Shown one piece after another: positions 24,775-38,788 of a DNA stretch of 64,000 nt. The notes beneath the pieces are model-generated. The model saw only the letters and a program-made list of their open reading frames with translations. It did not search any database and was not told where the DNA came from. The stretch comes from Selaginella moellendorffii (Eukaryota > Plantae > Lycopodiophyta): NCBI RefSeq assembly GCF_000143415.4, contig NW_003314319.1, forward strand, positions 196,115 to 260,114, written 5' to 3'. Each line of letters opens with the position of its first letter. Position 1 is the stretch's first letter. The position numbers were made by a program, and so were the translations under genes.

Positions 24775-27128
24775 TCAAGCTCCTGGTCCATCTTCCACAG
24801 CTGTATACATCAAGGAGGCATTGGGCCCGTCACTCCAAGATAGTACACCTTTCAACTGGCTGACATAAAATATCAGATGAATTTTCACCCCAATTGGCAG
24901 CCGCACCCTATAAGCCGCTTTACCAATGTGCTCCAACACTTCATATGGACCAGCATATCGATAGGAAAGTTTATCACTCTTCCCTGTCCGTAAAAGCACC
25001 AAGGGGTTCTGCCGCTCACTTGACGGAAAGATCATGTGCACAAAAACAAGATCACCCATCTTATATTCCCGGAATTGGTGATGCTTATTGGCAAACTTCT
25101 TCGCTCTATCCTGAGCTGCTTGCAAATTCCATTTGCACACCATCAGAATCTCATCAGGTTCTGTGGCCAGATCAGTTACCTCGGAATCAAGCTTATCTTG
25201 AATGTCCTTACGCAAAAGCAATCCCAACTCCACCGCTGTTTAAGGATGCCTTCCAAACATGGCAAAGTAAGGACTTAGCTTGGTTCCACTGTGTTGGCTA
25301 TTGTTGTAAGCAAATTGCACCAATGGAAGATATAAATCTCACTGACCACCTTACTCAAATGATGACAAAATCGTGTTTGTAATGTCGTCACATGACGAAC
25401 ACGAGATAAAGCATCTGCCACCACATTTGAACACTGCACTATAAAGATAGTGCCGCCACGTCCGCAAAGCATGAACAATAGAGAGTAACTCTTGGTCATA
25501 TGTGGAATAGCGTTGCTCCATGGAATTCAAAGTTCGACTCTTATATGCAATAGGCTGTCCCTCTTGCATGAGAACTCCTCCCAGTGCATAACCACTCGCA
25601 TCGCATGTCACCTCGTAAGGTTTTGATGGATCAGCAATGCAAAGCACTGGAGTCTCGCTCAACAATTGTTTCAGCACCACAAAACTCTCCTCTTGTGGCT
25701 TGTTCCACTCGAATGGCACATTCTTGTGTAACAATCGCGTCAAAGGAATAGCCACCTTTGCAAACTTATGCTGGAAACGTCGGTAGTAACTAGCCATACC
25801 AAGAAAACTGCGCAACTCGACCACTGTAGTTGGTGTAGGCCAATTTTCCACCACAGCCACCTTCCTTGGATCTGTCTTGACACCCTTAGATGTCACAATA
25901 TGGCCTAGATATTCCACCTCCGACTTTGCAAATTCACATTTGCTCTTCTTCGCATAAAGTTTGCTGTCTCAAAGTAACAAAAGAACCTTGCGCAAATGCA
26001 CCCTATGCTCCTCCATATTCTTGCTAAAAACAAGAAAATCTCCACAAACTCATGAAGATAATGCCCAAATACCTCCGTCATCAACCGAGTAAATGTGGCC
26101 AGTGCATTTGTCAAACCAAACGGTATAACTATAAACTCAAAATGTCTGAAGCTTGTGTTGAATGCCGTCTTGGAGATAGATGTATCATCCATTGCAATTT
26201 GATGATATCCACTCCTCATATCAATCTTGGTAAACACTCGTGCTTCACCAAGCTTGTCCAGGATATCATCCACACGTGGCATCGGCATCTTATCCTTCAC
26301 TGTCTTCTTGTTTAAAGTGCAGTAGTCAATACACATCCGCATTGAACCGTCCTTCTTCTTCACAAGCAAGACCGGAGCACTAAACAAAGACTTACTTGGC
26401 TGAATAAATCCAAACTCAAGTAACTCCTTGACTTGTTGTTGAACTTCGTGCTCCTTTGCATAATTTAACCGAAATGGACATCAGTAAATTGGCCGCATCC
26501 CCGGCTCCAATGTAATCCCATGCTCCACACCTCGTAATGGAGGCAACCCATGAGGAAGTTCATGTGGAAAAACATCAGAAAACTCGTCTAGTACATCCCG
26601 TACTGCTGCTTCGCCCCCATACATGCCTTGGTCCCCCAAGTCATGAACAAACAGTAAGTAACTCGAAAGTGCTTTTCCATTACGACAAGCCCATTTCAAA
26701 GATGTAGTAGAGAGCATAACAATTGGTGGTTGAATGCCCTCGCCAAACCACACATCTTTAACGCCACCATACTCCAGCGAGGTACGTTTAATACTCCACT
26801 TTATCTCTGGATCCACCTTCACCAACCATGGCATCCCAAGAATGAGATCCACATGATGGATATCTACGAGATAAAAAGTCTCCACAAGTGTGGTTTTGCC
26901 AACCAACACTTCCAGCCCGTCGACACAAGCATCGAAATGCTGAGTAGAGGTAGCTGCACCTTCCACTGTGTATGGAAGAACTCCGCATGTGACCAGGCCA
27001 TGCTCTGCAACAAACTTTGCCGAAACAAAGTTGTCATCGCTCCCACTATCCAGTAAAATCCACACTGGATCGCCACGGAACACGCCCTCCAGTATTAAAG
27101 CTGATTCACGCATATCCTCGAGCTCCAT
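24775..27128 (-). pseudogene. pol remnant: protease (LLDSGS), RT lacking the DD motif, RNase H (CDASGYALG), integrase C-terminus
   Basis: ORFs 26481-27128, 25905-26387, 25351-25917 and 24775-25233. Confidence 0.88.
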
Positions 27129-27170
27129 CTAATTCCACACACAATTGAGCTCACGAGCAACGTTCAAAAG

Positions 27171-28145
27171 TCACTTCCTCCGACTGGAATAGTCGTTCTC
27201 CTCATCCTCATGCTGCAAAGTTTGCAACTTTTTAGTATCTGACTTACCGTGAGAAGAAGATTGGCAATTCTTCTTGTCCTTCTGCTTGTTCTTCAACTGC
27301 GGACAATCAGCCTTGTAGTGTCCAAGTTTGCCACAATGATGACAACCCTGTCTATAATTCTTCACAAAGAACTTTTGCTTCTTGGACCCCTTTGCATCTA
27401 AAGTAGTCACCACCGACTTCAACTTGTGATGCTTGTTCCCATCCTTGTGTCCATGGTGATCATCACAATGATTCTTGACAGAAGGACTCCGTGAACGCTT
27501 GTGAGACTTGTGCTTGTCATTGTCAAGTTGACAAGCCGCATCAAAGAGCTCCTCCAAATTCTTTGTAGGCTGAGAATGACGCAAGTGTTGCCGCATGCTC
27601 TCACTATGTAGGCCATCAATAAAGTAGGACTTGTTCTGATCTAGATCCTTCGTTGGAACACGACTAATCAAGCGAGTAAGCTTCTCAATATGGTCCCCAA
27701 GCGTCATTTTCCCTTGCTGGAAATGTCGAAGTTCTGTATGAGCATTCTCCACGTTGTAATGAGGGGCAAAACGTAAATGGAAAGCAGCCTCAAACTCATC
27801 CATGGTAGACACTGGTGGTTTCTTATCCGCAACACGGGACTCCTCAAGCCAATTCCACCATCGAAGACCCGCATCACGCAAAACTATTGGAATAGCCACT
27901 AAAGCCTCTACATTCGGAGTTCCCCTAGCAGCCAAGAACTTCTTCACATTGGCTAGCCAAGCAAGACATTCGTCCACACCACCATCACTGGAAAAAGTTG
28001 GAATCTTGAGTCGATCTACCAAAGAAGGCTTACTTGAAGCGCTACCCCGTCCAGCCTCGAGTGCCTCAACACGCCCATGCATGGTATCCATCATGCCATG
28101 AATCTCGTCTTGCATCTCTTGCTGATTTCGATTAAGGGCTCGCAA
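27171..28145 (-). CDS. Retrotransposon gag with CCHC knuckle (CHHCGKLGHYKADC)
   Basis: 324-aa ORF, near-identical to 33680-34666. Confidence 0.85.
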   Translation of the reverse strand: MRALNRNQQEMQDEIHGMMDTMHGRVEALEAGRGSASSKPSLVDRLKIPTFSSDGGVDECLAWLANVKKFLAARGTPNVEALVAIPIVLRDAGLRWWNWLEESRVADKKPPVSTMDEFEAAFHLRFAPHYNVENAHTELRHFQQGKMTLGDHIEKLTRLISRVPTKDLDQNKSYFIDGLHSESMRQHLRHSQPTKNLEELFDAACQLDNDKHKSHKRSRSPSVKNHCDDHHGHKDGNKHHKLKSVVTTLDAKGSKKQKFFVKNYRQGCHHCGKLGHYKADCPQLKNKQKDKKNCQSSSHGKSDTKKLQTLQHEDEENDYSSRRK

Positions 28146-29771
28146 CTCATGAACAACATCTTGAATGGTCCAAATCTCCGCAGCTTCATCGGCACCATTG
28201 TCAGCACCACCATCGATAATAGGATTCTAGCCTTCAGCTTGGTTGGCCATCGCAACCAACTCCTCTGATACCAATGTTATGATCCGGCACAAAAAGATAG
28301 AGATCTAGTTGCCCTAGACTATACTACACCACCTTTTGAAGTTCCTCAGCACCCAACCATCCCCGAGCTACCTCAAAAGCTCCACTGCGCCGCTAACATA
28401 CCTTAATATACCCTTGAGCCTCCCTTTGACCAACATTGACCACGTAGTCAAAGTTGGTGCCTAATAGGCACCTCCCCAACGCTCACTCAAACACGAGAAA
28501 TGCTTCAATACTCTTCACAAAAATGCCTCCCCCCCCCCTACACAAGGAAGATGGGGAATATTTTGAGGACCAAAATATTACCCCTCTTTCTCTCACTCTC
28601 TTGGTGGCCATGCCCTAACATGTGACCATGGTGGATCGCATTGGCTCCAAATGCGCGAGAACCCGCCAAAGAGTGTAGAGTGTACCTCTACTACTGATGC
28701 CAAGTGCTGGTAGCTGCGTGAAATAGTATAAACTCTAGAAAACAAAGTGGAAAAAGAAAGAAAAAAGGTAGGTGTGACGTTTAGAGACAGGGAGGAAAAC
28801 CCAGTGGGAAACCCTATAGTCAAACTGGACCTTGAAGTTAAAGAAAAAGTGTGGAAAAAATGGGAAAAGAGGAGAAAAATAGAGGAAAAAAAGTGAGTAC
28901 CGAAAGAGCTTAACCCATACCTAGGTTTTGGCTCAGGAAAGTGTAATATGCAAATGCAGCCTCTTGATGACTTCCAGTATGCTCCAAGGATTGGCCGAAA
29001 TTGAGAAAGAAAGAGAGGTAGAAGAGGGGATGTATTGCCCAAGGGTGGTATGTGTAGAAATGATGAAAGATGGAATGATATGGTGGAGCACTGAGATGAA
29101 AGATGGAGTGATATGGTGGAGCGCCGAGATGGTGGTGGCACTCTGAAAAGGTGGCCATCGATAACCGTTAGCCCGTAGAATAAGTGCTGACCTCTCGAAA
29201 TAGCTGGTAACCGGTAACTTGTAACTAGTAACCAATAGTTGGGGACTTGTAACCGGTAACCATCTGCTCTCGCTCCTACTCTTGTGCCTGCTCCAACACA
29301 ATATGGTGGAGTGATATGGTGGGGTGTTGAGATGGTGGTGGCACTCTGAGAAGTGGTAGGCCAATGGACTGATGTGTCGGACTGAGGAAGACAGCAGCTT
29401 AAAAGGACGGCGTAGTTGCTGGGTTGCCAGTAAAGGGAAGTGGCATGTGTCCACTGAGTACTAAAGTAGAAGAAGGTGGCTACAACTTTTGTGGCCTCAC
29501 CTAAAGATCCACCTAGGTGCCTTGAGTGAACAGGTTCACCCGGTTGGAAGAAAGGCACTCCAGAAAAGCTAGTGCGTCATCGGCAAATGGTCGTAAGGAT
29601 ATCTTGGAAACGGCATGTCCAAATGAGGTGGTGTCTTTTGCTGCTAGTGCATGTATGTGTGTCCATGATATAGTGTCATTGTGACCTCAAATAGAGATGT
29701 GAATGATGGTGAAAGAATGAAAGATGTAAGATGGGCATCCAGAGATAAGTGTAGGCAATGCTGTGGAAGTG

Positions 29772-30183
29772 NNNNNNNNNNNNNNNNNNNNNNNNNNNNN
29801 NNNNNNNNNNNNNNNNNNNNNNNNNNNNNNNNNNNNNNNNNNNNNNNNNNNNNNNNNNNNNNNNNNNNNNNNNNNNNNNNNNNNNNNNNNNNNNNNNNNN
29901 NNNNNNNNNNNNNNNNNNNNNNNNNNNNNNNNNNNNNNNNNNNNNNNNNNNNNNNNNNNNNNNNNNNNNNNNNNNNNNNNNNNNNNNNNNNNNNNNNNNN
30001 NNNNNNNNNNNNNNNNNNNNNNNNNNNNNNNNNNNNNNNNNNNNNNNNNNNNNNNNNNNNNNNNNNNNNNNNNNNNNNNNNNNNNNNNNNNNNNNNNNNN
30101 NNNNNNNNNNNNNNNNNNNNNNNNNNNNNNNNNNNNNNNNNNNNNNNNNNNNNNNNNNNNNNNNNNNNNNNNNNNNNNNNNNN
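29772..30183. other. Assembly gap (N run)
   Basis: Run of n. Confidence 1.
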
Positions 30184-33100
30184 TACCGGCAATACCCCGA
30201 CCATTAATCCCTAGAATAGAGACCAAGCCAAGTGAGGAACCTCCATACAAATAGTAATGCAGCCTGAGCATGAAATCCAAGGCACGAGCCATGGTCCAAT
30301 GGAGAAACACTCTCTGAAAGTAAGAAAAAGAGCCACAAAGGTAAAGGGAAAGAAAGGAAGAAAAAGAAAAAGAAAAAGAAGAGAAGAGAAGATGAAGCGT
30401 TTGAGGTGAGAGTGGTTGTGAGCGTGTGGGAGCTCACGTCCCTTAGCATCAACTAGCATGTATGCTCCGCCCCCGATGTGTCACTGGACAAATTAGGGAC
30501 TGGTCCAGCGAGGAGAGAACTTTGAAGGCAGCATAAACTCCTTGAGTAGAATAAGATCGCCATCCTTGAATGGTTCGGCAGACCGCTGGTGATTAATGAC
30601 TGACTTGATTTTTTACTTGCCTCAAAGGAGATGTTCAGATGTGGATCATTGCTGTTCTTCCAAGGCGAGAACCTCCAAGTCACGTGCATGAAGCTTGTCC
30701 TCATCGTTAAGCTACATCGCTGCTGCATATTGAAGTGAAAGTGAGAGTGATGGCACTTGGATCTCCACTAGAAGCATGGCCTCTGTCCCATAGACAAGGG
30801 AGAATGGGGTCGTGGAGATGGATGTCTTGAAGGACATCTAGAAGGCCCACAACGCCGTAACCAAGTGATCATGCCAATGCCTTGGGTGATCCTCCACAAG
30901 CTTTGAGATGACTGTCTTCAATATCTTGTTGCTAAACTCCGCCTGGCCATTGCACTTGGGATAATAGCTACTGCTCTTCACGTGCTTGACCTGCAGCTGT
31001 TGGAGAAGATGTTGCATCACCTGTCCAAGGAAGCCGCTACCACGATCGGAAATCAAAATGGCAGGAACTCCAAATCAACAAATGATGTACTCGTACACAA
31101 ACTTTGCTATAGACTGTTGATCGGCCTGTCGCAGAGGGGTGGCCTCAACCCATTTTGTGAAATAGTCCATTGCCACGATGATGTATTGCTGTCCTTTTAA
31201 GCTTGGTGGGTTGATCGGGCTGACAAAGTCAAGTCCCTATTGGAAAAAGGGACCTGGAGAAGTGATGAGCTGGAAAGGAAGACATGGAACATGGCTCCGG
31301 GGGTTGAACCATTGGCATTGCTCATATGCCTTTGCATAGGCCAAGCTGTCCTGGTGAATTTGAGGCCAAAAGTAACTATGGTGCAAGAGGAGCTGTGCTG
31401 TAACCCATCCCGAGAAATGCCCCGCACAAGAGTGGAAAGCACGAAGGAGCTCAGGGACTTCGTGTTCACCCACACACCACAACAAAACTTCCTGAGAAGT
31501 TCTCCTATAAAGGTGTCCGTCGAGAAGGCAAAACCCCCATGCTCGGATCTCCAATGCCTTTTGTTGCACTAGTGAGGAATCTGCTGGGAACTAACTTGAA
31601 TCCAGGTACACTGCAATGTCCTGTAATGCTGCTGGGACTACAAAGGAAGTAGCTTCAGCAAATAGGAACTCGCTTGGATCCATCACACACTTCCACCGCA
31701 TGTGAAAAGTTGGCTGGAACTCTTGGATGGTCACAATCCAAGAAAAAGTATGAGGACTATGAACCGGTTGCTATAAAAGAAAGGTCAACACATTAAAACA
31801 GACATGAAAATGGATACAAGCTCTAACGAGAAAGTAGTGAAATCACTCCAAGGTGTAAACAACAGCCACTGCTTCTTTTTCTGCATCCACGTACTTCTTC
31901 TTAGTCTCCTTGAATGAATGTGAGGCATAGTATGTTGCATGTGGTGGGTTTCCCGACTGTGAACATTGGCAAAGGCATACTCCAAAAGCCTCTATACCCG
32001 TTGTGATGTAAATGTCGAAAGGAAGGTGTTGTTCTAGTGGTTGGAGTACCAGGGTCCTGCAGAGGGACTGCTTCAGTGATTCAAAGGCTTGTTGCTGGGA
32101 CTCACCCCAGACAAATGGAACATTGTGTTGTAGCAGAGCTATCAGGGGCCGTGAGCGTGCAGCATAGTTGTGGAGGAAACAGCAAAAGAAACCCGTTTGC
32201 CTGAGGAAGTTGCAAAGCTACTTCACGTTGGTTGGTGGGTTTTGATACAAAATCTCCTGAGCCTTGGCTACCTTGGGCTTGATCCCATCCTGCAAAACAT
32301 TAAAGCCTAGCAACCGGCCATTAGTCACCCCGAATTTACACTTTGCCGAGTTCAATGAAAACTTGTGTTGTCGGTAGCGAGTGAAGATTTGCTCCAAGTG
32401 CACAAGGTGGTCTTCAAATTAGTCAGAGGTCATGCACATATCATCCATATACACCCTCAAGGCACCTCCAATCAAGTCGTGAAAGGCGTGAGTCATAAAG
32501 CGCTAAAAAGTAGCTCCGGCGTTACACAAGCCAAACGGGAGGATGTTGAAAGCGAAGACGCCCCAAGGTGTCCGAAAGGCTGTAATATCTCGATGATCAA
32601 GATGAATGAAGATTTGGTTGTACCCTGAAAAGCCATCCATGAAAGAGTAGTAATGGTGCCCAGCCATCTCATCCACAATCGCATCGATAAATGGAGTTGG
32701 AAAGTGATCTTTAGCAGTTGCCTTGTTCAAGTCTCAAAAGTCTTCCATTTGCCTTGTGTGTAGGGATAAGATTGGCCACCCACTTTGAGCTCTCCAAAGG
32801 GTAAATAAAGCTGGCTGCTAGAAGTCGCTCAATCTCCAACTTCATCTCTGAGTGAGCTACCAGGCTGAAACGCCACATCTTTTGACGGACTGGTTTGGTT
32901 GACTCTGAAAGCACAATACTGTGCATGATTGTGTCCATGGGAACTCTTATAAGCTGGCTGTAGTCCCAAGCAAACACGTCCTTGAAACAGTGAAGGAGAT
33001 TCAAGAGTTTTGCTACGTTTGTTGAAGCAAATGATGCAATAAAGACTAGATCCTTATCATCACTTAGGAAAATAGTATGAACCCTAGAGTCTGGGGAAAC

Positions 33101-33679
33101 CTTGGGCTCAGGGGGCTCATCTATATTAGATTCCTCCCTGATATTAGAAACAGTAGGGAGTGCCTTTTGCCTCTCGCATCCTAGTGATTGCTTGATGTGA
33201 TAACTTGTCTGCCCAAAAGTTTTCTTCACGAGGGACACTTTGAAAAGTCACCTGAGAAAACTCATTCTTCAGGTTGACTGCCTGCTGCCATAGCTCTTTG
33301 AGGTTCTCTTTGTGGACTTGGATTCTCCAGTAAGTTGGCTTATGATAAGTTGCTCATCTCTAATGAAAGTGACTCGCCTAAACTTGAGGATTGTTAGGCA
33401 CTAGCTTTGACTACGTGGTCAACATCAGTCAAAGGGAGGCTCAAGGGTATATTAAGGCATGTTAGGAATAAAAGTTGCGCTTAATCAACTCATACGTCTT
33501 CTTCCCCCTAAAATGACCGGCCTCTGGACAATCATGATAGCGGAATAAAACTTGAGTAATTAACACATCCACCTATGGCAAGTATTAGAGGAGTTGGTTG
33601 CGATGGCCGACCAAGCTGAACGTTGGAATCCCATTGTCGATGGTGGTGCCGGCGATGATGCTGACGAAGCTATGGAGAT

Positions 33680-34666
33680 TTGGACTATTCAAAATGTGCC
33701 CTTAATCGAAATCAGCAAGAGATGCAAGACGAGATGCATGGCATGATGGATACCATGCATGGGTGTGTTGAGGCACTCGAGGCTGGACGGGGTAGCGCTT
33801 CAAGTAAGCCTTCTTTGGTAGATCGACTCAAGATTCCAACTTTTTCCGGTGATGGTGGTGTGGATGAGTGTCTCGCTTGGCTAGCCAATGTGAAGAAGTT
33901 CTTGGCTGCTAGGGGAACTCCGAATGCAGAGGCTTTAGTGGCTATTCCAATGGTTTTGCGTGATGCGGGTCTTCGATGGTGGAATTGGCTTGAGGAGTCC
34001 CGTATTGCAGATAAGAAACCACCAGTGTCTACCATGGATGAGTTTGAGGCTGCTTTCCATTTACGTTTTGCCCCTCATTACAACGTGGAGAATGCTCATA
34101 CAGAACTTCGACATTTCCAGCAAGGGAAAATGACGCTTGGGGACCATATTGAGAAGCTTACTCGCTTGATTAGTCGTGTTCCAACGAAGGATCTAGATCA
34201 GAACAAGTCCTACTTTATTGATGGCCTACATAGTGAGAGCATGCGGCAACACTTGCATCATTCTCAGCCTACAAAGAGTTTGGAGGAGCTCTTTGATGCG
34301 GCTCGTCGACTTGACAATGACAAACACAAGTCTCGCAAGCGTTTGCGGAGTCCTTCTGTCAAGAATCATTGTGATGATCGCCGTGGACACAAGGATGGGA
34401 ACAAGCATCACAAGTTGAAGTTGGTGGTGACTACTTTAGATGCAAAGGGGTCCAAGAAGCAAAAGTTCTTTGTGAAGAATTATAGACAGGGTTGTCATCA
34501 TTGTGGCAAACTTGGACACTACAAGGCTGATTGTCCGCAGTTGAAGAACAAGCAGAAGGACAAGAAGAATTGCCAATCTTCTTCTCACGGTAAGTCAGAT
34601 ACTAAAAAGTTGATAACTTTGCAGCATGAGGATGAGGAGAACGACTATTCCAGTCGGAGGAAGTGA
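33680..34666 (+). CDS. Retrotransposon gag (family A)
   Basis: 328-aa ORF with CCHC knuckle. Confidence 0.85.
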   Translation: MDYSKCALNRNQQEMQDEMHGMMDTMHGCVEALEAGRGSASSKPSLVDRLKIPTFSGDGGVDECLAWLANVKKFLAARGTPNAEALVAIPMVLRDAGLRWWNWLEESRIADKKPPVSTMDEFEAAFHLRFAPHYNVENAHTELRHFQQGKMTLGDHIEKLTRLISRVPTKDLDQNKSYFIDGLHSESMRQHLHHSQPTKSLEELFDAARRLDNDKHKSRKRLRSPSVKNHCDDRRGHKDGNKHHKLKLVVTTLDAKGSKKQKFFVKNYRQGCHHCGKLGHYKADCPQLKNKQKDKKNCQSSSHGKSDTKKLITLQHEDEENDYSSRRK

Positions 34667-36245
34667 CTTTTGAACGTTGCTCGTGAGCTCAATTGTGTGT
34701 GGAATTAGATGGAGCTCGAGGATTCGCGTGAATCAGCTTTAATACTGGAGGGCGTGTTCCGTGGCGATCCAGTGTGGATTTTACTGGATAGTGGGAGCGA
34801 TGACAACTTTGTTTCGGCAAAGTTTGTTGCGGAGCATGGCCTGGTCACACGCGGAGTTCTTCCATACATAGTGGAAGGTGCAACTACCTCTACTCAGCAT
34901 TTCGATGCTTATGTCGACGGGCTGGAAGTGTTGGTTGGCAAAACCACACTTGTGGAGACTTTTTATCTCGTAGATATCCATCGTGTGGATTTCATTCTTG
35001 GAATGCCATGGTTGGTGAAGGTGGATCTAGAGATAAAGTGGAGTATTAAACGTATCTCGCTGGAGTATGGTGGCATTAAAGATGTGTGGTTTGGCGAGGG
35101 CATTCAACCACCAGTTGTTATGCTCTCTACTACATCTTTGAAATGGGCTTGTTGTAATGAAAAAACACTTTCGAGTTGTTGTTTGTTTGTGACATGGGGG
35201 ACCAAGGGACGTGTGGGGGAGAAGCACTCCACACCTCGTAATGGAGGCAACCATGAGGAAGTTCATATGGAAAAACATCAGAAAACTCATCTAGTACATT
35301 CTGTACTGCCATGGGATTATATTGGAGCCGGGGATGCGGCCAATTTATTGGTGTCCATTTTGGTTAAGTTATGTGGAGGAGCATGAAATTCAACGACAAG
35401 TCAAGGAGTTACTTGAGTTTGGATTTATTCAGTCAAGTAAGTCTCTGTTTGGTGCTCCGGTCTTGCTTGTGAAGAAGAAGGACGGTTCAATGCGAATGTG
35501 TATTGACTACTGCACTTTAAACAAGAAGACAGTGAAGGATAAAATGCTGATGCCATGTGTGGATGATATCCTGGACAAGCTTGGTGAAGCACGAGTGTTT
35601 ACCAAGATTGATATAAGGAGTGGATATCATCAGATTGCAATGGATGATGCATCTATCTCCAAGACGGCATTTAGCACAAGCTTCAGACATTTTGAGTTTA
35701 TAGTTATACCGTTTGGTTTGACGAATGCACCGGCCACATTTACTCAGTTGATGACGGAGCTATTTGGGCGTTATCTTCATGAGTTTGTGGAGATTTTCTT
35801 GTTTTTAGCAAGAATATGGAGGAGCATAGGGTGCATTTGCGCAAGGTTCTTTTGTTACTTTGAGACAGCAAACTTTATGCGAAGAAGAGCAAATGTGAAT
35901 TTGCAAAGTCGGAGGTGGAATATCTAGGCCATATTGTGACATTTAAGGGTGTCAAGATTGATCCAAGGAAGGTGGCTGTGGTGGAAAATTGGCCTACACC
36001 AACTATAGTGGTCGAGTTACACAGTTTTCTTGGTATGGCTAGTTACTACCGACGTTTCCAACATAAGTTTGCAAAGGTGGCTATTCCTTTGATACGGTTG
36101 TTATGCAAGAATGTGCCATTTGAGTGAAAGAAGCCACAAGTGGAGAGTTTTGTGGTGCTGAAACAATTGTTGAGTGAGACTCCAGTGCTTTGCATTGTTG
36201 ATCCATTGAAACCTTACGAGGTGACATGTGATGTGAGTGGTTATG

Positions 36246-36345
36246 NNNNNNNNNNNNNNNNNNNNNNNNNNNNNNNNNNNNNNNNNNNNNNNNNNNNNNN
36301 NNNNNNNNNNNNNNNNNNNNNNNNNNNNNNNNNNNNNNNNNNNNN
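36246..36345. other. Assembly gap (N run)
   Basis: Run of n. Confidence 1.
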
Positions 36346-37586
36346 TATGAGCAAGAGTTACTCTCTATTGTTCATGCTTTGCAGACGTGGCGGCACTATC
36401 TTTATGGTGCAGTGTTTGTGGTGTTGACAGATCACAAACCACTTGTGTATCTTTTCACATAGAAGGAATTGAACACTAGGCAAGCTCGTTGGATGGTCAA
36501 ACTCATGGAGTTTGGGGAGTTTTCTATTGAGTATCATCTAGGAAAATCAAATGTGCTTTATCTCGTGTTCGTCATGTGACGACATTACAAACACGATTTT
36601 GTCATCATTTGAGTAAGGTGGTCAGTGAGATTTATATCTTCCGTTGGTGCAATTTGCTTACAACAATAGCCAACACAGTGGAACCAAACTAAGTCCTTAC
36701 TTTGCCATGTTTGGAAGGCATCCTTAAACAGCGGTGGAGTTGGGATTGCTTTTGCATAAGGATATTCAAGATAAGCTTGATTTCGAGGTGATTGATCTGG
36801 CCATATGGAGAAGGGAGAAAAAGACAAGCTCAAGGATTCAAGATTAGGAAAGTAAACTTGAGAGGTTCAAGGTTAGGACTGTATTCCTAACCTTGACATG
36901 AGCAATAGCGACTATAAAAGTAGGACTTAGAATGTTTTTAGACTTATCCCTAATACAAAATACATTGCAATATATCGTCATTCTGCCTGTCTCTTTGGCT
37001 CTTCATAGCAATGGCAATGTCTTACTTACCCACCGCCTTTAAGGGATCAAAGGTGTGGGACTAGCACCTTCAAGCACTTGTTCACAGTCTCAACTTCGCT
37101 TGGCACAAGCAGGTAAGTGCATTTTTCTTGTAGTGTAGTTTTAGATTTAGGGACTAGATTAGATTTGAAACTCCTAGGAAGATCTCGTATGGATGTTTTC
37201 CTCCCAGTTTAGAGATTCCAGGAGTTTTCACTGGTGACCACGGTGGGATAAAGCAGATCAAGACGATCATTTCCCCCAAAACTTCAAGGAAAACGGACCA
37301 AAAACGCTCAAGAAAATGGCATAGGAAGAAAAAGCCCCAAAAATCAAGAAAAACAAGACCGTAAAACAAAAACGGTGGAAGAGCATGAAGGAATGAAGAA
37401 AAAAAAAATGGAGTGTAAGACCAAAAGATGAAGAACACTTGAAGATTGAAGCCACCCAAGTCGTGGAAAACTTGGAGCGTACACGTAATTGTTTTTGGTG
37501 AGAGGTTGAAGAAAGTGAATATTCCAAGAATCTGCAATAAGGAAATGACCAAGGGAAAATTGTAGTGGCTGGAGATGGAGGAAGAA

Positions 37587-38788
37587 TGAAAAAGCACGAC
37601 TGCCCATTTGGAGACACAAGCTGTACAAGATATAAGGACTGCCTTTTGTGTGGTTTCAGAAATTGTGCAAAACCGTACAAGCAATGCTATCCAAAATGGC
37701 TATGTGACACTTGCAAGAAAGCAAAAGCTAGACTCCGAATCAAGGATGAAAATGCCACAGCGGGGGAGAGAAGAAAACGAGAAGAAATAGCCCAAAAAAA
37801 CGACACTAAAAAGAGAGATGATAGTTTAGAACAAGCAACGAAACAAAGCTTTAGTTGCTTACAAAAACTTCAAGAAACGATTCTGTGACTCTTCTACAAA
37901 CTATCTAGCAAATAGGAAGGATGCAAAAATGAGGAAATGTTGAAAGAAAAATATGTTTACTTCGATTTCTTTGCAACTCGAAGAATCTTGACTTGGGTGT
38001 ATCGCGGACACCTCTTTCAACAAACAATTGTCGAATTCCTAGGCATACACAAACATGAAACTTTTCAACCATTAACGCTTGCTTTCAACACTGATTTGAC
38101 GAGAGTCATAGCAGCAACAGAGTGTGGAACCTTTGAACCACAAGTTCGTTGGTTTGTGGACACTCTTAGATTTAGAGATTTCGAAGAGAATGCAGAATTA
38201 CTTTACCGACTTTTTCAAAGTCCTCTTCGTGTAACGCTACCAACAAACACTCTTATTGAACTATATACTATAGCATATTGGCACCGTTTAGGACGGACGA
38301 GAATAGCTGGGGAATTAAGAAATCAAGGACAAGGCCATCAACAAAATCGAATTCGGAATTCGAGATTAAGAAATCGACAGGACCCTGAACTTGAGTCAAG
38401 TTCAAGGGAACGACTTGGAAACTCGAGGATAACAAGTCGAAGGAGGAGAAATTTAAGACAGGATCACAATAGGCCAAGATTAAATACAGTACCAAACTTC
38501 AACTTTGACACTGAGGTCCAACGTCGAAACCCCAGCCTAGAGCGACATATCACTCGCAACCAACAAGGAAGAGTGCGTCCAAGCAGTCTCAACATTTTAA
38601 GGAGTATTTTAGGAGATCCTGCATCAAGGATTCAAACTTATAATGCAAGAGTATTAATTGAGACTATCCCTTGGGAAGTTCGTGAAGCGATCGATTCTGA
38701 TCGTGAAAGAGAACGTGCTATACGACTGAGGGAAGTAGAACACCACCGGCAAGAACAGCATCAGGGAAATGCACCATCACGAAATTGA
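37587..38788 (+). pseudogene. Extra ORF upstream of gag: Cys-rich N-terminus, Arg-rich C-terminus, two in-frame stops
   Basis: ORFs 37565-37888 and 37937-38788 are in the same frame. Confidence 0.6.

Larger units (their letters stand above)
24468..28466 (-). mobile_element. Ty3/gypsy LTR retrotransposon family A, copy 1 (non-autonomous)
   Basis: LTRs at 24468-24700 and 28275-28466; perfect TSD GGCAC; Met PBS tggtatcagag; PPT. Contains gag, PR, RT, RH and only the integrase C-terminus. Confidence 0.93.

Noticed and set aside
28593-29558. 321-aa minus-strand ORF
   Set aside because: Low-complexity, repeat-derived 3' noncoding region of the Tat-like element with a non-ATG start and no domain.
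29644-30310. ORFs spanning X runs
   Set aside because: Artefacts of the assembly gap.
34664-34711. Programmed readthrough between gag and protease
   Set aside because: Two in-frame stops within 15 codons and a defective pol; decay is the more parsimonious explanation.
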